Shown here: positions 12,985-24,897 of the stretch, in pieces
How positions within the stretch are numbered: the first letter of the stretch is position 1
Layout: the number at the start of each line of letters is the position of its first letter
Assembly (NCBI RefSeq): GCF_055900595.2
Contig: NZ_CM148325.1
DNA length: 64,000 bases
Strand: one strand, 5' to 3'
Position numbers and translations under genes: made by a program
Notes under the pieces: model-generated
The model's database searches: none
Seen by the model: only the letters and a program-made list of their open reading frames with translations
What the model was told of the DNA's origin: nothing

Positions 12985-13460
12985 TGCCACATCCGGCATG
13001 GTATGCCGGATGTGGCGTATGCTGATAAGACGCGCCAGCGTCGCATCAGTCAACCGGCTCGGGCGTTAGATCGGATGCGGCGTAACCGCCTTATCCGACC
13101 TACGGGGTGGAGCACTTCACAGCGGTGTAGGCCTGATAAGACGCGCCAGCGTCGCATCAGGCTACCGGCTTGGGCGTTAGATGTCGGATGCGGCGTGACC
13201 GCCTTATCCGACCTACGGGGTGGAGCACTTCACAGCGGTGTAGGCCTGATAAGACGCGCCAGCGTCGCATCAGGCAACCGGCTCGGGCGTTAGATGTCGG
13301 ATGCGGCGTGACCGCCTTATCCGACCTACGGGGTGGAGCACTTCACAGCGGTGTAGGCCTGATAAGATGCGTCAGCGTCGCATCAGTCAACCGGCTTGGG
13401 CGTTAGATGTCGGATGCGGCGTGACCGCCTTATCCGACCTACGGGGTGCCACACTTCACG
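12985..13460. repeat. Tandem REP/BIME array, four copies of an about 113-bp unit
   Basis: Unit gcctgataagacgcgccagcgtcgcatcag…gggcgttagatgtcggatgcggcgtgaccgccttatccgacctacggggtggagcacttcacagcggtgtag repeated from about 13017, 13131, 13245 and 13357 with a few substitutions. Confidence 0.9.
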
Positions 13461-13465
13461 GCAGT

Positions 13466-13954
13466 TTAGCGGACTACCGCGTTGTCAATTTTCTCTTCCG
13501 CCTTCCAGATGCGGTATTTCACATCTACATTGTCTGGCGTATACACCACGATCGGCAGCTTGCTGTTGTAACGCAGCATTCCAGCATCGCCCAGATACGC
13601 GGTGACAAATTTCTTCTCTTTCTTGCCATCCGGGCAGGCCATCATCGTGGAAACCGGCGAGCTAACTTTATCAAAGACGTAATAATCATAGCCCCAGCCT
13701 TCCAGCGTTTTGCTTTCCAGCTTCCCGCCGAGACGATGCAAATTGCAATCGACTTCCAGCGTCTGACCGATTAACAGTTCTACTTTCAGGGTAGATTCAT
13801 CTTCTTGCGGGGTTAACTGAATCACCTGACGCTTCATGCCTTTTTCAGCTTGCGGATAAGGCGCGATTTTTTCCAGTGGCTGGACGCTCTCTGCCGCCCA
13901 GGCGGAAGTGGTAGCGAAAGCGGCAAACAATACTGCAGGTAGAATGGTCTTCAT
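13466..13954 (-). CDS. eco: Ecotin (periplasmic serine protease inhibitor), 162 aa
   Basis: Signal peptide [20 protein letters not shown]; ecotin-like sequence …[20 protein letters not shown]…; position between mqo and napF. Confidence 0.95.
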   Translation of the reverse strand: MKTILPAVLFAAFATTSAWAAESVQPLEKIAPYPQAEKGMKRQVIQLTPQEDESTLKVELLIGQTLEVDCNLHRLGGKLESKTLEGWGYDYYVFDKVSSPVSTMMACPDGKKEKKFVTAYLGDAGMLRYNSKLPIVVYTPDNVDVKYRIWKAEEKIDNAVVR

Positions 13955-14231
13955 TGTTGTATTCCCTTCGTCATTTATAGGTTTTCACCGATGATGTCGC
14001 TGAAGGTTAACATATTCATCAGATTTATTAATTTGCTTTATGAATAACTAAAAGAACATTCAGACAATTTTACCTTCTCTTTTAGTGTTAAATTCTGAGG
14101 AGTGGTAAAGCCTTGAGAAATATCTCTGGCGAATTAATCGCTATATAAATATGTTTATAACCATTTGAAATGTGAGCAAAAGCCCGTTTTTGCCACTCTT
14201 CCCACCACTCTTTTGATCCTGCTACAGGTTT

Positions 14232-14247
14232 TACCCCGATCGGGGTA
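14232..14247 (+). promoter_or_regulatory. NarL/NarP 7-2-7 heptamer pair in the napF control region
   Basis: Perfect inverted repeat TACCCCGATCGGGGTA about 115 bp upstream of napF; matches the NarL/NarP heptamer consensus (TACYYMT) arranged 7-2-7. Confidence 0.7.
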
Positions 14248-14360
14248 TGCATCTTTGACACAACCTTTAATATCTTAGCGGCTATAAAAATAGCTTATTA
14301 GTTGTGTGGTTTATTTGGTCGCTCTCAATTTTCAGAGCGCGTTAATGATGGAAGGTCAAT

Positions 14361-14855
14361 GTGAAGATTGATGCATCCCGTCGGGGCATACTCACTGGTC
14401 GCTGGCGCAAAGCCAGTAACGGTATCCGTCCGCCCTGGTCCGGTGATGAATCTCATTTTCTGACCCATTGCACCCGCTGTGACGCCTGTATTAATGCTTG
14501 TGAAAACAACATTCTGCAACGCGGCGCGGGGGGCTATCCGAGCGTTAATTTCAAAAATAACGAGTGCAGCTTCTGTTATGCCTGCGCGCAAGCTTGCCCC
14601 GAATCGCTATTTTCTCCGCGCCACACCAGGGCCTGGGATTTGCAGTTCACCATTGGGGACGCGTGCCTGGCGTATCAGTCAGTTGAATGCCGCCGCTGTC
14701 AGGATAGCTGTGAGCCAATGGCAATTATCTTTCGCCCGACGCTCTCCGGGATCTACCAGCCGCAACTTAATAGCCAACTTTGCAACGGATGTGGAGCATG
14801 TGCAGCCAGCTGTCCGGTATCAGCCATAACTGCGGAGTATCTCCATGCACACTAA
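14361..14855 (+). CDS. napF: Ferredoxin-type protein NapF, 164 aa (GTG start)
   Basis: Three 4Fe-4S cysteine clusters CTRCDACINAC, CSFCYACAQACP, CNGCGACAASCP. Confidence 0.95.
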   Translation: MKIDASRRGILTGRWRKASNGIRPPWSGDESHFLTHCTRCDACINACENNILQRGAGGYPSVNFKNNECSFCYACAQACPESLFSPRHTRAWDLQFTIGDACLAYQSVECRRCQDSCEPMAIIFRPTLSGIYQPQLNSQLCNGCGACAASCPVSAITAEYLHAH

Positions 14856-15108
14856 CTGGCAAGTTTGCAGCCTGGTCGTGCAGGCCAAAAGCGAACGAAT
14901 TTCAGACATCAGCACCCAACTGAACGCCTTTCCCGGCTGTGAAGTCGCTGTCAGCGACGCGCCGAGCGGTCAGTTGATTGTGGTGGTGGAAGCAGAAGAC
15001 AGCGAAACGCTGATCCAAACCATTGAGTCAGTACGCAACGTAGAGGGCGTGCTGGCGGTGTCGCTGGTTTATCACCAGCAGGAAGAGCAAGGTGAGGAAA
15101 CACCATGA
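14845..15108 (+). CDS. napD: NapA chaperone NapD, 87 aa
   Basis: Small ORF overlapping napF and napA ends (translational coupling); conserved nap operon position. Confidence 0.93.
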   Translation: MHTNWQVCSLVVQAKSERISDISTQLNAFPGCEVAVSDAPSGQLIVVVEAEDSETLIQTIESVRNVEGVLAVSLVYHQQEEQGEETP

Positions 15109-17591
15109 AACTCAGTCGTCGTAGCTTTATGAAAGCTAACGCCGTTGCGGCCGCTGCGGCGGCTGCCGGTCTCAGCGTGCCGGGCGTTGCCCGCGCCGTT
15201 GTTGGTCAGCAGGAAGCCATTAAATGGGATAAAGCACCATGCCGTTTCTGCGGTACTGGTTGTGGCGTTCTGGTCGGAACGCAGCAGGGGCGTGTGGTGG
15301 CCTGTCAGGGCGACCCGGACGCACCGGTTAACCGTGGTCTGAACTGCATTAAGGGCTATTTCCTGCCCAAAATCATGTACGGTAAAGACCGTTTGACGCA
15401 GCCGCTTCTGCGTATGAAAAACGGTAAATATGACAAAGAAGGCGAGTTCACCCCAATCACCTGGGATCAAGCCTTCGATGTGATGGAAGAAAAATTCAAA
15501 ACTGCCCTGAAAGAAAAAGGGCCGGAATCGATCGGTATGTTCGGTTCTGGTCAGTGGACTATCTGGGAAGGTTATGCCGCGTCCAAGCTGTTCAAAGCGG
15601 GCTTCCGTTCGAACAACATCGACCCGAACGCGCGTCACTGTATGGCGTCGGCGGTAGTTGGCTTTATGCGTACCTTTGGTATGGATGAGCCGATGGGCTG
15701 CTATGACGACATCGAACAGGCTGACGCGTTTGTGCTGTGGGGCGCTAACATGGCGGAGATGCACCCGATTCTCTGGTCGCGCATCACCAACCGTCGTCTC
15801 TCTAACCAGAACGTCACCGTGGCGGTGCTTTCTACCTACCAGCATCGTAGCTTCGAGCTGGCGGATAACGGCATCATCTTTACGCCACAGTCTGACCTGG
15901 TGATCCTGAACTACATCGCCAACTATATCATTCAAAACAACGCGATAAATCAGGACTTCTTTAGCAAACACGTTAACCTGCGCAAAGGGGCGACGGACAT
16001 CGGCTACGGTTTACGTCCGACCCATCCGCTGGAAAAAGCAGCAAAGAATCCAGGTTCTGACGCTTCCGAGCCGATGAACTTTGAAGATTACAAAGCCTTC
16101 GTTGCCGAGTATACGCTGGAAAAAACCGCTGAAATGACCGGCGTGCCGAAAGACCAGCTAGAACAACTGGCGCAGCTGTATGCCGATCCGAACAAGAAAG
16201 TCATCTCCTACTGGACGATGGGCTTTAACCAGCATACCCGTGGCGTGTGGGCCAACAACCTGGTCTACAACCTGCACCTGCTGACTGGCAAAATTTCTCA
16301 GCCGGGTTGCGGTCCGTTCTCCCTGACCGGGCAGCCTTCTGCGTGCGGTACTGCGCGTGAAGTCGGCACCTTTGCTCACCGTCTGCCTGCGGACATGGTG
16401 GTGACTAACGAGAAACACCGTGATATCTGCGAGAAGAAGTGGAATATCCCGAGCGGCACCATTCCGGCGAAAATCGGCCTGCACGCGGTGGCACAGGACC
16501 GTGCGCTGAAAGACGGCAAACTGAATGTTTACTGGACCATGTGTACCAACAACATGCAAGCCGGGCCGAACATTAATGAAGAGCGTATGCCGGGCTGGCG
16601 CGATCCGCGCAACTTTATCATCGTTTCCGATCCGTATCCGACAGTCAGTGCGCTGGCAGCCGACTTGATCCTGCCGACCGCAATGTGGGTAGAAAAAGAG
16701 GGTGCTTACGGTAACGCCGAACGCCGTACTCAATTCTGGCGTCAGCAGGTACAGGCACCGGGCGAAGCGAAATCGGATCTCTGGCAGTTAGTTCAGTTCT
16801 CCCGCCGCTTCAAAACTGAAGAAGTGTGGCCGGAAGAGTTGCTGGCGAAGAAACCGGAACTGCGTGGCAAAACGCTGTATGAGGTTCTGTATGCCACCCC
16901 GGAAGTGAGCAAATTCCCGGTATCCGAACTGGCAGAAGATCAGTTGAACGATGAATCCCGCGAGCTGGGCTTCTATCTGCAAAAAGGGCTGTTCGAAGAG
17001 TATGCATGGTTTGGTCGCGGTCACGGTCACGATCTCGCGCCGTTCGATGACTACCACAAAGCACGCGGTCTGCGCTGGCCGGTGGTGAACGGTAAAGAAA
17101 CGCAGTGGCGTTATAGCGAAGGTAACGACCCATACGTGAAAGCGGGCGAAGGCTACAAGTTCTACGGTAAACCGGATGGCAAAGCGGTGATCTTCGCACT
17201 GCCGTTCGAACCAGCGGCGGAAGCACCGGATGAAGAGTACGATCTGTGGCTCTCTACCGGGCGTGTCCTGGAGCACTGGCACACCGGCAGTATGACTCGC
17301 CGTGTACCGGAACTGCACCGTGCCTTCCCGGAAGCGGTCCTGTTTATTCATCCGCTGGATGCGAAAGCGCGCGATCTGCGTCGTGGCGACAAAGTGAAAG
17401 TGGTTTCTCGCCGTGGCGAAGTCATCTCGATTGTTGAAACGCGCGGTCGTAACCGTCCGCCGCAGGGCCTGGTGTATATGCCGTTCTTCGACGCCGCACA
17501 GCTGGTTAACAAACTGACGCTGGATGCGACCGATCCGCTCTCGAAAGAGACGGACTTCAAGAAGTGTGCGGTCAAACTGGAGAAGGTGTAA
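15105..17591 (+). CDS. napA: Periplasmic nitrate reductase catalytic subunit NapA, 828 aa
   Basis: Twin-arginine signal [28 protein letters not shown]; N-terminal 4Fe-4S motif CRFCGTGCG; molybdopterin oxidoreductase length. Confidence 0.97.
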   Translation: MKLSRRSFMKANAVAAAAAAAGLSVPGVARAVVGQQEAIKWDKAPCRFCGTGCGVLVGTQQGRVVACQGDPDAPVNRGLNCIKGYFLPKIMYGKDRLTQPLLRMKNGKYDKEGEFTPITWDQAFDVMEEKFKTALKEKGPESIGMFGSGQWTIWEGYAASKLFKAGFRSNNIDPNARHCMASAVVGFMRTFGMDEPMGCYDDIEQADAFVLWGANMAEMHPILWSRITNRRLSNQNVTVAVLSTYQHRSFELADNGIIFTPQSDLVILNYIANYIIQNNAINQDFFSKHVNLRKGATDIGYGLRPTHPLEKAAKNPGSDASEPMNFEDYKAFVAEYTLEKTAEMTGVPKDQLEQLAQLYADPNKKVISYWTMGFNQHTRGVWANNLVYNLHLLTGKISQPGCGPFSLTGQPSACGTAREVGTFAHRLPADMVVTNEKHRDICEKKWNIPSGTIPAKIGLHAVAQDRALKDGKLNVYWTMCTNNMQAGPNINEERMPGWRDPRNFIIVSDPYPTVSALAADLILPTAMWVEKEGAYGNAERRTQFWRQQVQAPGEAKSDLWQLVQFSRRFKTEEVWPEELLAKKPELRGKTLYEVLYATPEVSKFPVSELAEDQLNDESRELGFYLQKGLFEEYAWFGRGHGHDLAPFDDYHKARGLRWPVVNGKETQWRYSEGNDPYVKAGEGYKFYGKPDGKAVIFALPFEPAAEAPDEEYDLWLSTGRVLEHWHTGSMTRRVPELHRAFPEAVLFIHPLDAKARDLRRGDKVKVVSRRGEVISIVETRGRNRPPQGLVYMPFFDAAQLVNKLTLDATDPLSKETDFKKCAVKLEKV

Positions 17592-17597
17592 GCCATT

Positions 17598-18293
17598 ATG
17601 TCCCGGTCAGCGAAACCTCAAAATGGTCGCCGCCGCTTTCTGCGCGATGTCGTTCGCACAGCTGGCGGGCTGGCTGCCGTGGGTGTGGCGCTGGGGTTAC
17701 AACAGCAAACCGCACGCGCATCTGGTGTGCGGTTGCGCCCGCCCGGAGCCATAAACGAGAACGCCTTTGCCAGTGCCTGTGTACGTTGCGGTCAGTGTGT
17801 TCAGGCTTGCCCTTACGACACCTTAAAACTGGCGACACTGGCCTCTGGCCTGTCGGCGGGCACGCCATATTTTGTTGCACGGGATATTCCTTGCGAAATG
17901 TGTGAGGACATTCCGTGCGCCAAAGTGTGCCCGAGCGGTGCGCTGGATCGAGAGATCGAATCGATCGACGACGCGCGGATGGGGCTGGCGGTGCTGGTGG
18001 ATCAGGAGAACTGCCTCAACTTTCAGGGGCTGCGCTGCGATGTTTGCTATCGCGAATGCCCGAAAATTGATGAGGCAATCACCCTGGAGCTGGAGCGTAA
18101 CACGCGTACCGGTAAGCACGCCCGTTTTCTGCCGACGGTTCACAGCGACGCCTGTACCGGCTGCGGTAAGTGCGAAAAAGTGTGCGTGCTGGAACAACCC
18201 GCAATCAAGGTGTTACCGCTGTCACTGGCGAAAGGGGAGTTAGGTCACCATTACCGCTTCGGCTGGCTGGAGGGGAACAATGGCAAATCGTAA
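17598..18293 (+). CDS. napG: Ferredoxin-type protein NapG, 231 aa
   Basis: Tat signal GRRRFLRDV; Fe-S clusters [46 protein letters not shown]. Confidence 0.95.
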
Positions 18294-19143
18294 ACGTGAC
18301 GCCGGGCGCGAGGCGCTGGAGAAAAAAGGCTGGTGGCGCAGTCACCGTTGGTTAGTGTTACGTCGCCTTTGTCAGTTCTTCGTGCTGGGGATGTTTTTGA
18401 GCGGCCCGTGGTTTGGTGTGTGGATCTTGCACGGCAACTACAGCAGTAGCTTGTTATTCGACACCGTTCCACTGACCGATCCGCTGATGACGTTGCAAAG
18501 TCTTGCCAGCGGTCATCTGCCTGCCACGGTGGCGCTGACCGGTGCGGTGATTATCACCGTGCTCTACGCCCTGGCAGGAAAGCGATTATTTTGCAGCTGG
18601 GTCTGCCCGCTGAACCCGATTACCGATTTAGCAAACTGGTTACGCAGACGATTTGACCTCAATCAGTCTGCGACGATCCCTCGCCACATTCGCTACGTGC
18701 TGTTGGTGATCATTCTGGTGGGATCGGCCTTAACTGGCACGCTCATCTGGGAATGGATCAACCCCGTTTCCCTGATGGGGCGTAGCCTGGTAATGGGCTT
18801 CGGCAGCGGCGTGCTGCTTATTCTCGCGCTGTTTTTATTTGATCTACTGGTCGTTGAACACGGCTGGTGCGGGCACATTTGTCCGGTTGGTGCACTGTAT
18901 GGCGTGCTGGGTAGTAAAGGTGTGATTACCGTTGCGGCCACCGATCGGCAGAAATGTAACCGCTGTATGGATTGTTTTCATGTTTGCCCGGAACCGCATG
19001 TTCTACGTGCCCCGGTGCTGGATGAACAAAGCCCGGTGCAGGTCACCAGCCGCGATTGCATGACGTGCGGTCGCTGCGTGGATGTCTGTTCTGAGGATGT
19101 ATTTACAATAACTACACGATGGAGTTCGGGAGCGAAATCATGA
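18280..19143 (+). CDS. napH: Membrane ferredoxin-type protein NapH, 287 aa
   Basis: TM segments plus Cys clusters [12 protein letters not shown] and [11 protein letters not shown]; overlaps napG end. Confidence 0.95.
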
Positions 19144-19589
19144 AAAGCCATGACCTGAAGAAAGCGCTGTGTCAATGGACGGCGATGCTGGCCCTGGTGG
19201 TAAGCGGCGCGGTTTGGGCGGCTAATGGCGTCGATTTTAGCCAGTCGCCGGAAGTATCCGGGACGCAGGAAGGGGCCATTCGGATGCCAAAAGAGCAGGA
19301 TCGGATGCCGCTGAACTATGTGAATCAGCCGCCAATGATCCCGCATAGCGTTGAAGGTTATCAGGTAACGACCAATACCAACCGCTGCTTGCAGTGCCAC
19401 GGTGTCGAAAGCTATCGCACCACTGGCGCGCCGCGCATTAGTCCTACTCACTTTATGGACAGCGACGGCAAAGTGGGCGCAGAAGTGGCTCCGCGTCGTT
19501 ATTTCTGTCTGCAATGTCACGTACCGCAGGCTGATACCGCGCCAATCGTGGGGAATACCTTTACCCCATCAAAAGGTTACGGGAAATAA
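19140..19589 (+). CDS. napB: Diheme cytochrome c NapB, 149 aa
   Basis: Signal peptide [27 protein letters not shown]; two CxxCH motifs (CLQCH twice); start chosen at MKSH rather than the upstream MEFGSEI in the ORF track. Confidence 0.92.
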   Translation: MKSHDLKKALCQWTAMLALVVSGAVWAANGVDFSQSPEVSGTQEGAIRMPKEQDRMPLNYVNQPPMIPHSVEGYQVTTNTNRCLQCHGVESYRTTGAPRISPTHFMDSDGKVGAEVAPRRYFCLQCHVPQADTAPIVGNTFTPSKGYGK

Positions 19590-19598
19590 GAGGTTATT

Positions 19599-20201
19599 AT
19601 GGGAAATTCTGACCGTAAGCCTGGTCTGATTAAGCGCCTGTGGAAATGGTGGCGTACCCCCAGCCGTCTGGCGCTAGGGACGCTGCTGTTGATCGGTTTT
19701 GTCGGCGGCATCGTTTTCTGGGGCGGCTTTAACACCGGGATGGAAAAAGCCAATACCGAAGAGTTCTGCATTAGCTGCCACGAAATGCGTAACACGGTGT
19801 ATCAGGAATACATGGATTCCGTGCACTACAACAACCGTAGCGGCGTCCGTGCGACCTGTCCGGATTGTCACGTTCCGCACGAGTTTGTGCCGAAGATGAT
19901 ACGCAAGCTCAAAGCAAGTAAAGAGCTGTATGGTAAAATTTTTGGCGTTATTGACACGCCGCAGAAATTTGAAGCTCATCGCCTGACGATGGCACAGAAT
20001 GAGTGGCGGCGCATGAAGGACAATAACTCGCAGGAGTGTCGTAACTGTCACAACTTCGAGTATATGGATACAACCGCCCAGAAATCAGTTGCCGCTAAGA
20101 TGCACGACCAGGCGGTGAAAGATGGGCAAACCTGTATTGATTGCCATAAAGGGATAGCGCACAAGCTGCCCGATATGCGCGAAGTCGAGCCAGGTTTTTA
20201 A
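19599..20201 (+). CDS. napC: Tetraheme cytochrome c NapC (quinol dehydrogenase), 200 aa
   Basis: Four CxxCH motifs: CISCH, CPDCH, CRNCH, CIDCH; N-terminal membrane anchor. Confidence 0.96.
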   Translation: MGNSDRKPGLIKRLWKWWRTPSRLALGTLLLIGFVGGIVFWGGFNTGMEKANTEEFCISCHEMRNTVYQEYMDSVHYNNRSGVRATCPDCHVPHEFVPKMIRKLKASKELYGKIFGVIDTPQKFEAHRLTMAQNEWRRMKDNNSQECRNCHNFEYMDTTAQKSVAAKMHDQAVKDGQTCIDCHKGIAHKLPDMREVEPGF

Positions 20202-20213
20202 CAGGGTTATTGC

Positions 20214-20837
20214 GTGGGTATGCTTGAAGCCAGAGAGTTACTTTGCGAGCGGGATGAACGAACCTTATTTAGTGGCTTGTCATTTACGCTGAACGCAGGC
20301 GAGTGGGTACAAATCACCGGTAGCAACGGCGCGGGGAAGACAACGCTTCTCCGTTTGCTGACGGGGTTGTCTCGCCCTGACGCAGGCGAGGTTCTCTGGC
20401 AAGGGCAGCCCTTGCATCAGGTACGCGACAGCTACCATCAAAACCTGTTATGGATAGGCCATCAGCCGGGGATCAAAACCCGGCTGACGGCGTTAGAAAA
20501 TCTGCACTTTTATCATCGCGATGGCGATACCGCACAATGTCTGGAAGCCCTGGCGCAGGCCGGGCTTGCCGGATTCGAAGATATTCCTGTAAATCAACTT
20601 TCTGCCGGGCAACAACGCCGCGTCGCTTTAGCGCGTCTGTGGCTGACCCGTGCCACGTTATGGATACTCGACGAGCCTTTTACCGCGATTGACGTTAACG
20701 GCGTCGATCGTCTGACCCAGCGTATGGCGCAGCATACGGAGCAGGGGGGGATTGTGATTCTGACTACCCACCAGCCGCTCAACGTTGCTAAAAGTAAAAT
20801 TCGCCGCATTTCACTGACGCAAACGGGGGCCGCATGA
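20214..20837 (+). CDS. ccmA: Cytochrome c maturation ABC ATPase CcmA, 207 aa (GTG start)
   Basis: Walker [10 protein letters not shown], signature [14 protein letters not shown], Walker B WILDEP. Confidence 0.92.
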   Translation: MGMLEARELLCERDERTLFSGLSFTLNAGEWVQITGSNGAGKTTLLRLLTGLSRPDAGEVLWQGQPLHQVRDSYHQNLLWIGHQPGIKTRLTALENLHFYHRDGDTAQCLEALAQAGLAGFEDIPVNQLSAGQQRRVALARLWLTRATLWILDEPFTAIDVNGVDRLTQRMAQHTEQGGIVILTTHQPLNVAKSKIRRISLTQTGAA

Positions 20838-21496
20838 TGTTCTGGCGCATTTTCCTTCTTGAGCTGCGCGTAGCGTTTCGCCATAGCGCCGAAATCGCCA
20901 ACCCGCTGTGGTTCTTCCTGATTGTAATTACCCTTTTTCCGCTCAGTATCGGTCCGGAGCCGCAACTGCTGGCGCGTATTGCCCCAGGCATTATCTGGGT
21001 TGCAGCGCTGCTTTCATCCTTGCTGGCACTGGAACGACTGTTCCGTGACGATTTGCAGGACGGCAGTCTTGAACAATTGATGTTGTTGCCGTTACCCTTG
21101 CCCGCCGTTGTGCTGGCGAAGGTGATGGCGCACTGGATGGTAACAGGTCTGCCGTTACTCATCCTTTCGCCTCTGGTAGCAATGCTACTGGGAATGGATG
21201 TTTATGGCTGGCAAGTGATGGCGCTGACGCTGCTGCTGGGAACCCCAACGCTTGGTTTTCTCGGTGCACCGGGCGTGGCGCTGACAGTGGGACTTAAGCG
21301 CGGTGGTGTGCTGCTCAGCATACTGGTATTACCGCTGACTATCCCATTACTCATCTTTGCCACCGCCGCGATGGACGCGGCTTCCATGCATTTGCCCGTT
21401 GACGGGTATCTGGCAATTTTAGGCGCGTTGCTGGCAGGCACCGCGACATTAAGTCCTTTTGCGACGGCGGCAGCGTTACGAATCAGCATTCAATAA
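20834..21496 (+). CDS. ccmB: Heme exporter permease CcmB, 220 aa
   Basis: Polytopic membrane protein, start overlaps the ccmA stop. Confidence 0.93.
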   Translation: MMFWRIFLLELRVAFRHSAEIANPLWFFLIVITLFPLSIGPEPQLLARIAPGIIWVAALLSSLLALERLFRDDLQDGSLEQLMLLPLPLPAVVLAKVMAHWMVTGLPLLILSPLVAMLLGMDVYGWQVMALTLLLGTPTLGFLGAPGVALTVGLKRGGVLLSILVLPLTIPLLIFATAAMDAASMHLPVDGYLAILGALLAGTATLSPFATAAALRISIQ

Positions 21497-21537
21497 CGCT
21501 GGATTACTGATTTTTGTTCGAGTCTGGTATCGAAACT

Positions 21538-22275
21538 ATGTGGAAAACACTGCATCAACTGGCGATCCCACCACGGCTGTATCAAATCTGTGGCTGGTTT
21601 ATACCGTGGCTGGCAATTGCCAGTGTGGTCGTGCTTACCGTCGGCTGGATCTGGGGATTCGGCTTTGCTCCGGCTGATTATCAGCAGGGAAATAGCTACC
21701 GCATTATCTACCTGCATGTGCCTGCGGCGATCTGGTCGATGGGCATTTATGCATCAATGGCGGTGGCAGCGTTTATTGGCCTGGTCTGGCAGATGAAAAT
21801 GGCCAACCTGGCGGTGGCGGCGATGGCCCCCATTGGTGCCGTGTTTACCTTTATTGCCCTGGTTACCGGCTCTGCATGGGGAAAACCGATGTGGGGCACC
21901 TGGTGGGTATGGGATGCACGCCTGACTTCTGAACTGGTGCTGCTGTTTTTGTATGTGGGTGTGATTGCCCTGTGGCACGCCTTCGACGACCGCCGTCTGG
22001 CGGGCCGTGCGGCAGGTATTCTGGTGCTAATTGGCGTGGTGAACCTGCCGATTATTCATTACTCCGTGGAGTGGTGGAACACCCTGCATCAGGGATCAAC
22101 GCGGATGCAGCAAAGTATCGATCCGGCGATGCGTTCGCCGCTGCGCTGGTCGATTTTTGGCTTCCTGCTGCTGTCTGCCACGCTGACGCTGATGCGGATG
22201 CGTAATTTAATTTTGCTGATGGAAAAACGCCGTCCGTGGGTGAGTGAACTGATACTGAAAAGAGGCCGTAAATGA
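21538..22275 (+). CDS. ccmC: Heme exporter protein CcmC, 245 aa
   Basis: WWD domain WGTWWVWDARL; start set at MWKTLHQL (ORF track extends 8 aa upstream). Confidence 0.92.
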   Translation: MWKTLHQLAIPPRLYQICGWFIPWLAIASVVVLTVGWIWGFGFAPADYQQGNSYRIIYLHVPAAIWSMGIYASMAVAAFIGLVWQMKMANLAVAAMAPIGAVFTFIALVTGSAWGKPMWGTWWVWDARLTSELVLLFLYVGVIALWHAFDDRRLAGRAAGILVLIGVVNLPIIHYSVEWWNTLHQGSTRMQQSIDPAMRSPLRWSIFGFLLLSATLTLMRMRNLILLMEKRRPWVSELILKRGRK

Positions 22276-22481
22276 CCCCTGCATTTGCTTCCTGGAATGA
22301 ATTTTTCGCAATGGGCGGTTACGCCTTTTTTGTCTGGCTGGCGGTGGTGATGACCGTTATTCCGCTGGTGGTTTTGGTCGTGCATTCGGTGATGCAGCAT
22401 CGCGCAATTCTGCGTGGCGTGGCGCAACAGCGGGCGCGTGAGGCGCGTTTACGTGCTGCGCAACAGCAGGAGGCTGCATGA
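22272..22481 (+). CDS. ccmD: Heme exporter small membrane protein CcmD, 69 aa
   Basis: Small single-TM ORF overlapping ccmC and ccmE (ATGA junctions). Confidence 0.9.
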
Positions 22482-22957
22482 ATATTCGCCGTAAAAACCG
22501 CTTGTGGATTGCCTGTGCCGTGCTGGCGGGGCTGGCGCTGACTATCGGTCTGGTGCTATATGCGCTGCGCTCGAATATCGATCTTTTTTATACGCCGGGG
22601 GAAATTCTCTACGGCAAGCGTGAAACTCAGCAGATGCCGGAAGTCGGGCAGCGTCTGCGCGTTGGCGGGATGGTGATGCCGGGTAGCGTGCAGCGCGATC
22701 CCAATTCGCTGAAAGTAACGTTCACCATTTACGACGCTGAAGGCTCAGTGGATGTCTCTTACGAAGGCATTTTGCCGGATCTGTTCCGTGAAGGGCAGGG
22801 CGTAGTGGTGCAGGGCGAACTGGAAAAAGGTAATCATATCCTCGCGAAAGAAGTACTGGCGAAACACGATGAAAACTACACGCCGCCAGAAGTCGAGAAA
22901 GCGATGGAAGCTAATCACCGTCGCCCGGCGAGTGTTTATAAGGACCCAGCATCATGA
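22478..22957 (+). CDS. ccmE: Heme chaperone CcmE, 159 aa
   Basis: N-terminal anchor, OB-fold domain, conserved His region …[12 protein letters not shown]…. Confidence 0.94.
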
Positions 22958-24897
22958 TGCCAGAAATTGGTAACGGACTGCTGTGCCTGGCGCTAGGAAT
23001 TGCGCTGTTGCTGTCCGTGTATCCGCTATGGGGCGTGGCGCGCGGGGATGCGCGCATGATGGCTTCTTCGCGCTTGTTTGCCTGGCTGCTATTTATGTCT
23101 GTGGCTGGCGCATTTCTGGTGCTGGTCAATGCTTTCGTGGTGAATGACTTTACTGTCACCTATGTTGCCAGCAACTCCAATACCCAGCTTCCGGTGTGGT
23201 ATCGCGTAGCGGCAACCTGGGGTGCGCATGAAGGCTCGCTACTGCTGTGGGTGCTGCTGATGAGCGGCTGGACATTTGCGGTGGCGATTTTTAGTCAGCG
23301 TATTCCGCTGGATATTGTGGCCCGTGTACTGGCGATAATGGGGATGGTCAGTGTCGGCTTTTTGCTGTTCATTCTCTTTACCTCTAACCCGTTCTCACGC
23401 ACGTTGCCGAACTTCCCGATTGAAGGGCGCGATCTTAACCCGCTGTTGCAGGATCCGGGGCTGATCTTCCATCCGCCTCTGCTTTATATGGGGTATGTCG
23501 GTTTCTCGGTGGCGTTTGCTTTCGCCATTGCTTCTTTGTTGAGTGGACGTCTGGACAGCACCTATGCGCGTTTTACCCGTCCGTGGACGCTGGCGGCGTG
23601 GATTTTCCTGACGCTCGGCATTGTGCTCGGTTCCGCATGGGCCTATTACGAACTCGGCTGGGGCGGCTGGTGGTTCTGGGATCCGGTAGAAAACGCCTCG
23701 TTTATGCCGTGGCTGGTGGGGACTGCGCTGATGCACTCACTGGCGGTCACTGAACAACGCGCCAGCTTCAAAGCGTGGACATTACTGCTGGCAATCAGTG
23801 CCTTCTCGCTGTGTCTGCTGGGGACTTTCCTCGTGCGTTCCGGCGTGCTGGTATCGGTACACGCGTTTGCGTCTGATCCGGCGCGCGGTATGTTTATCCT
23901 CGCCTTTATGGTGCTGGTGATTGGCGGTTCGCTGCTGCTGTTTGCCGCGCGTGGACACAAAGTTCGCTCACGCGTAAACAATGCGCTGTGGTCGCGGGAA
24001 TCTTTGCTGTTAGCGAACAACGTTTTGCTGGTCGCCGCGATGCTGGTGGTGTTGCTGGGGACGCTGCTGCCGCTGGTGCACAAGCAACTGGGACTGGGCA
24101 GCATTTCGATTGGCGAACCGTTCTTCAACACCATGTTTACCTGGCTGATGGTGCCGTTTGCGCTACTGCTGGGTGTCGGTCCACTGGTGCGCTGGGGGCG
24201 CGATCGCCCACGTAAAATCCGCAATTTATTGATTATCGCCTTCATCTCTACGCTGGTGCTGTCTCTGCTGTTGCCGTGGCTGTTCGAAAGCAAAGTTGTG
24301 GCGATGACGGTGCTCGGCCTGGCAATGGCCTGCTGGATTGCAGTGCTGGCGATTGCGGAAGCTGCGCTGCGTATTTCACGCGGCATGAAAACCACCTTCA
24401 GTTATTGGGGCATGGTGGCGGCTCACCTGGGGCTGGCGGTAACAATTGTTGGTATTGCCTTTAGCCAGAACTATAGCGTTGAGCGTGATGTGCGCATGAA
24501 GTCCGGCGATAGCGTCGATATTCATGAATATCGCTTCACCTTCCGTGATGTCAAAGAAGTGACTGGTCCGAACTGGCGCGGCGGTGTGGCGACTATCGGC
24601 GTAACGCGCGATGGCAAGCCGGAAACGGTGCTGTATGCGGAAAAACGTTATTACAACACTGCAGGGTCGATGATGACCGAAGCGGCGATTGACGGCGGTA
24701 TCACGCGTGATCTGTACGCCGCGCTCGGTGAAGAGCTGGAAAACGGCGCGTGGGCCGTGCGTCTTTACTACAAACCGTTTGTTCGCTGGATTTGGGCGGG
24801 CGGGCTGATGATGGCATTGGGCGGGCTGCTGTGCCTGTTTGATCCTCGCTATCGTAAGCGCGTGAACCCGCAGAAAACTGCGCCGGAGGCTGTATGA
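22954..24897 (+). CDS. ccmF: Cytochrome c-type biogenesis heme lyase CcmF, 647 aa
   Basis: WWD motif [12 protein letters not shown]; polytopic membrane protein. Confidence 0.96.

Noticed and set aside
12985-13460. Possible CRISPR array
   Set aside because: The repeats are about 113-bp imperfect palindromic REP units arranged head-to-tail with no unique spacers and no cas genes nearby.
14213-14226. Possible FNR box (TTGATcctgCTACA) upstream of napF
   Set aside because: Only one half-site matches the TTGAT-N4-ATCAA consensus; I could not confirm a full FNR site by eye, so only the NarL/NarP 7-2-7 site is reported as a feature.
15072-17351. Several long minus-strand ORFs (299, 191, 187 aa) inside napA
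   Set aside because: All are antisense to a well-supported 828-aa gene with clear cofactor motifs; no independent start signals; artefacts of an open reverse frame.
23646-24395. 249-aa ORF antisense to ccmF, and similar ones antisense to fruA (55231-55941) and yejO (29372-29842)
   Set aside because: Embedded in the opposite strand of genes with strong motif support; low-complexity composition; no translation signals.
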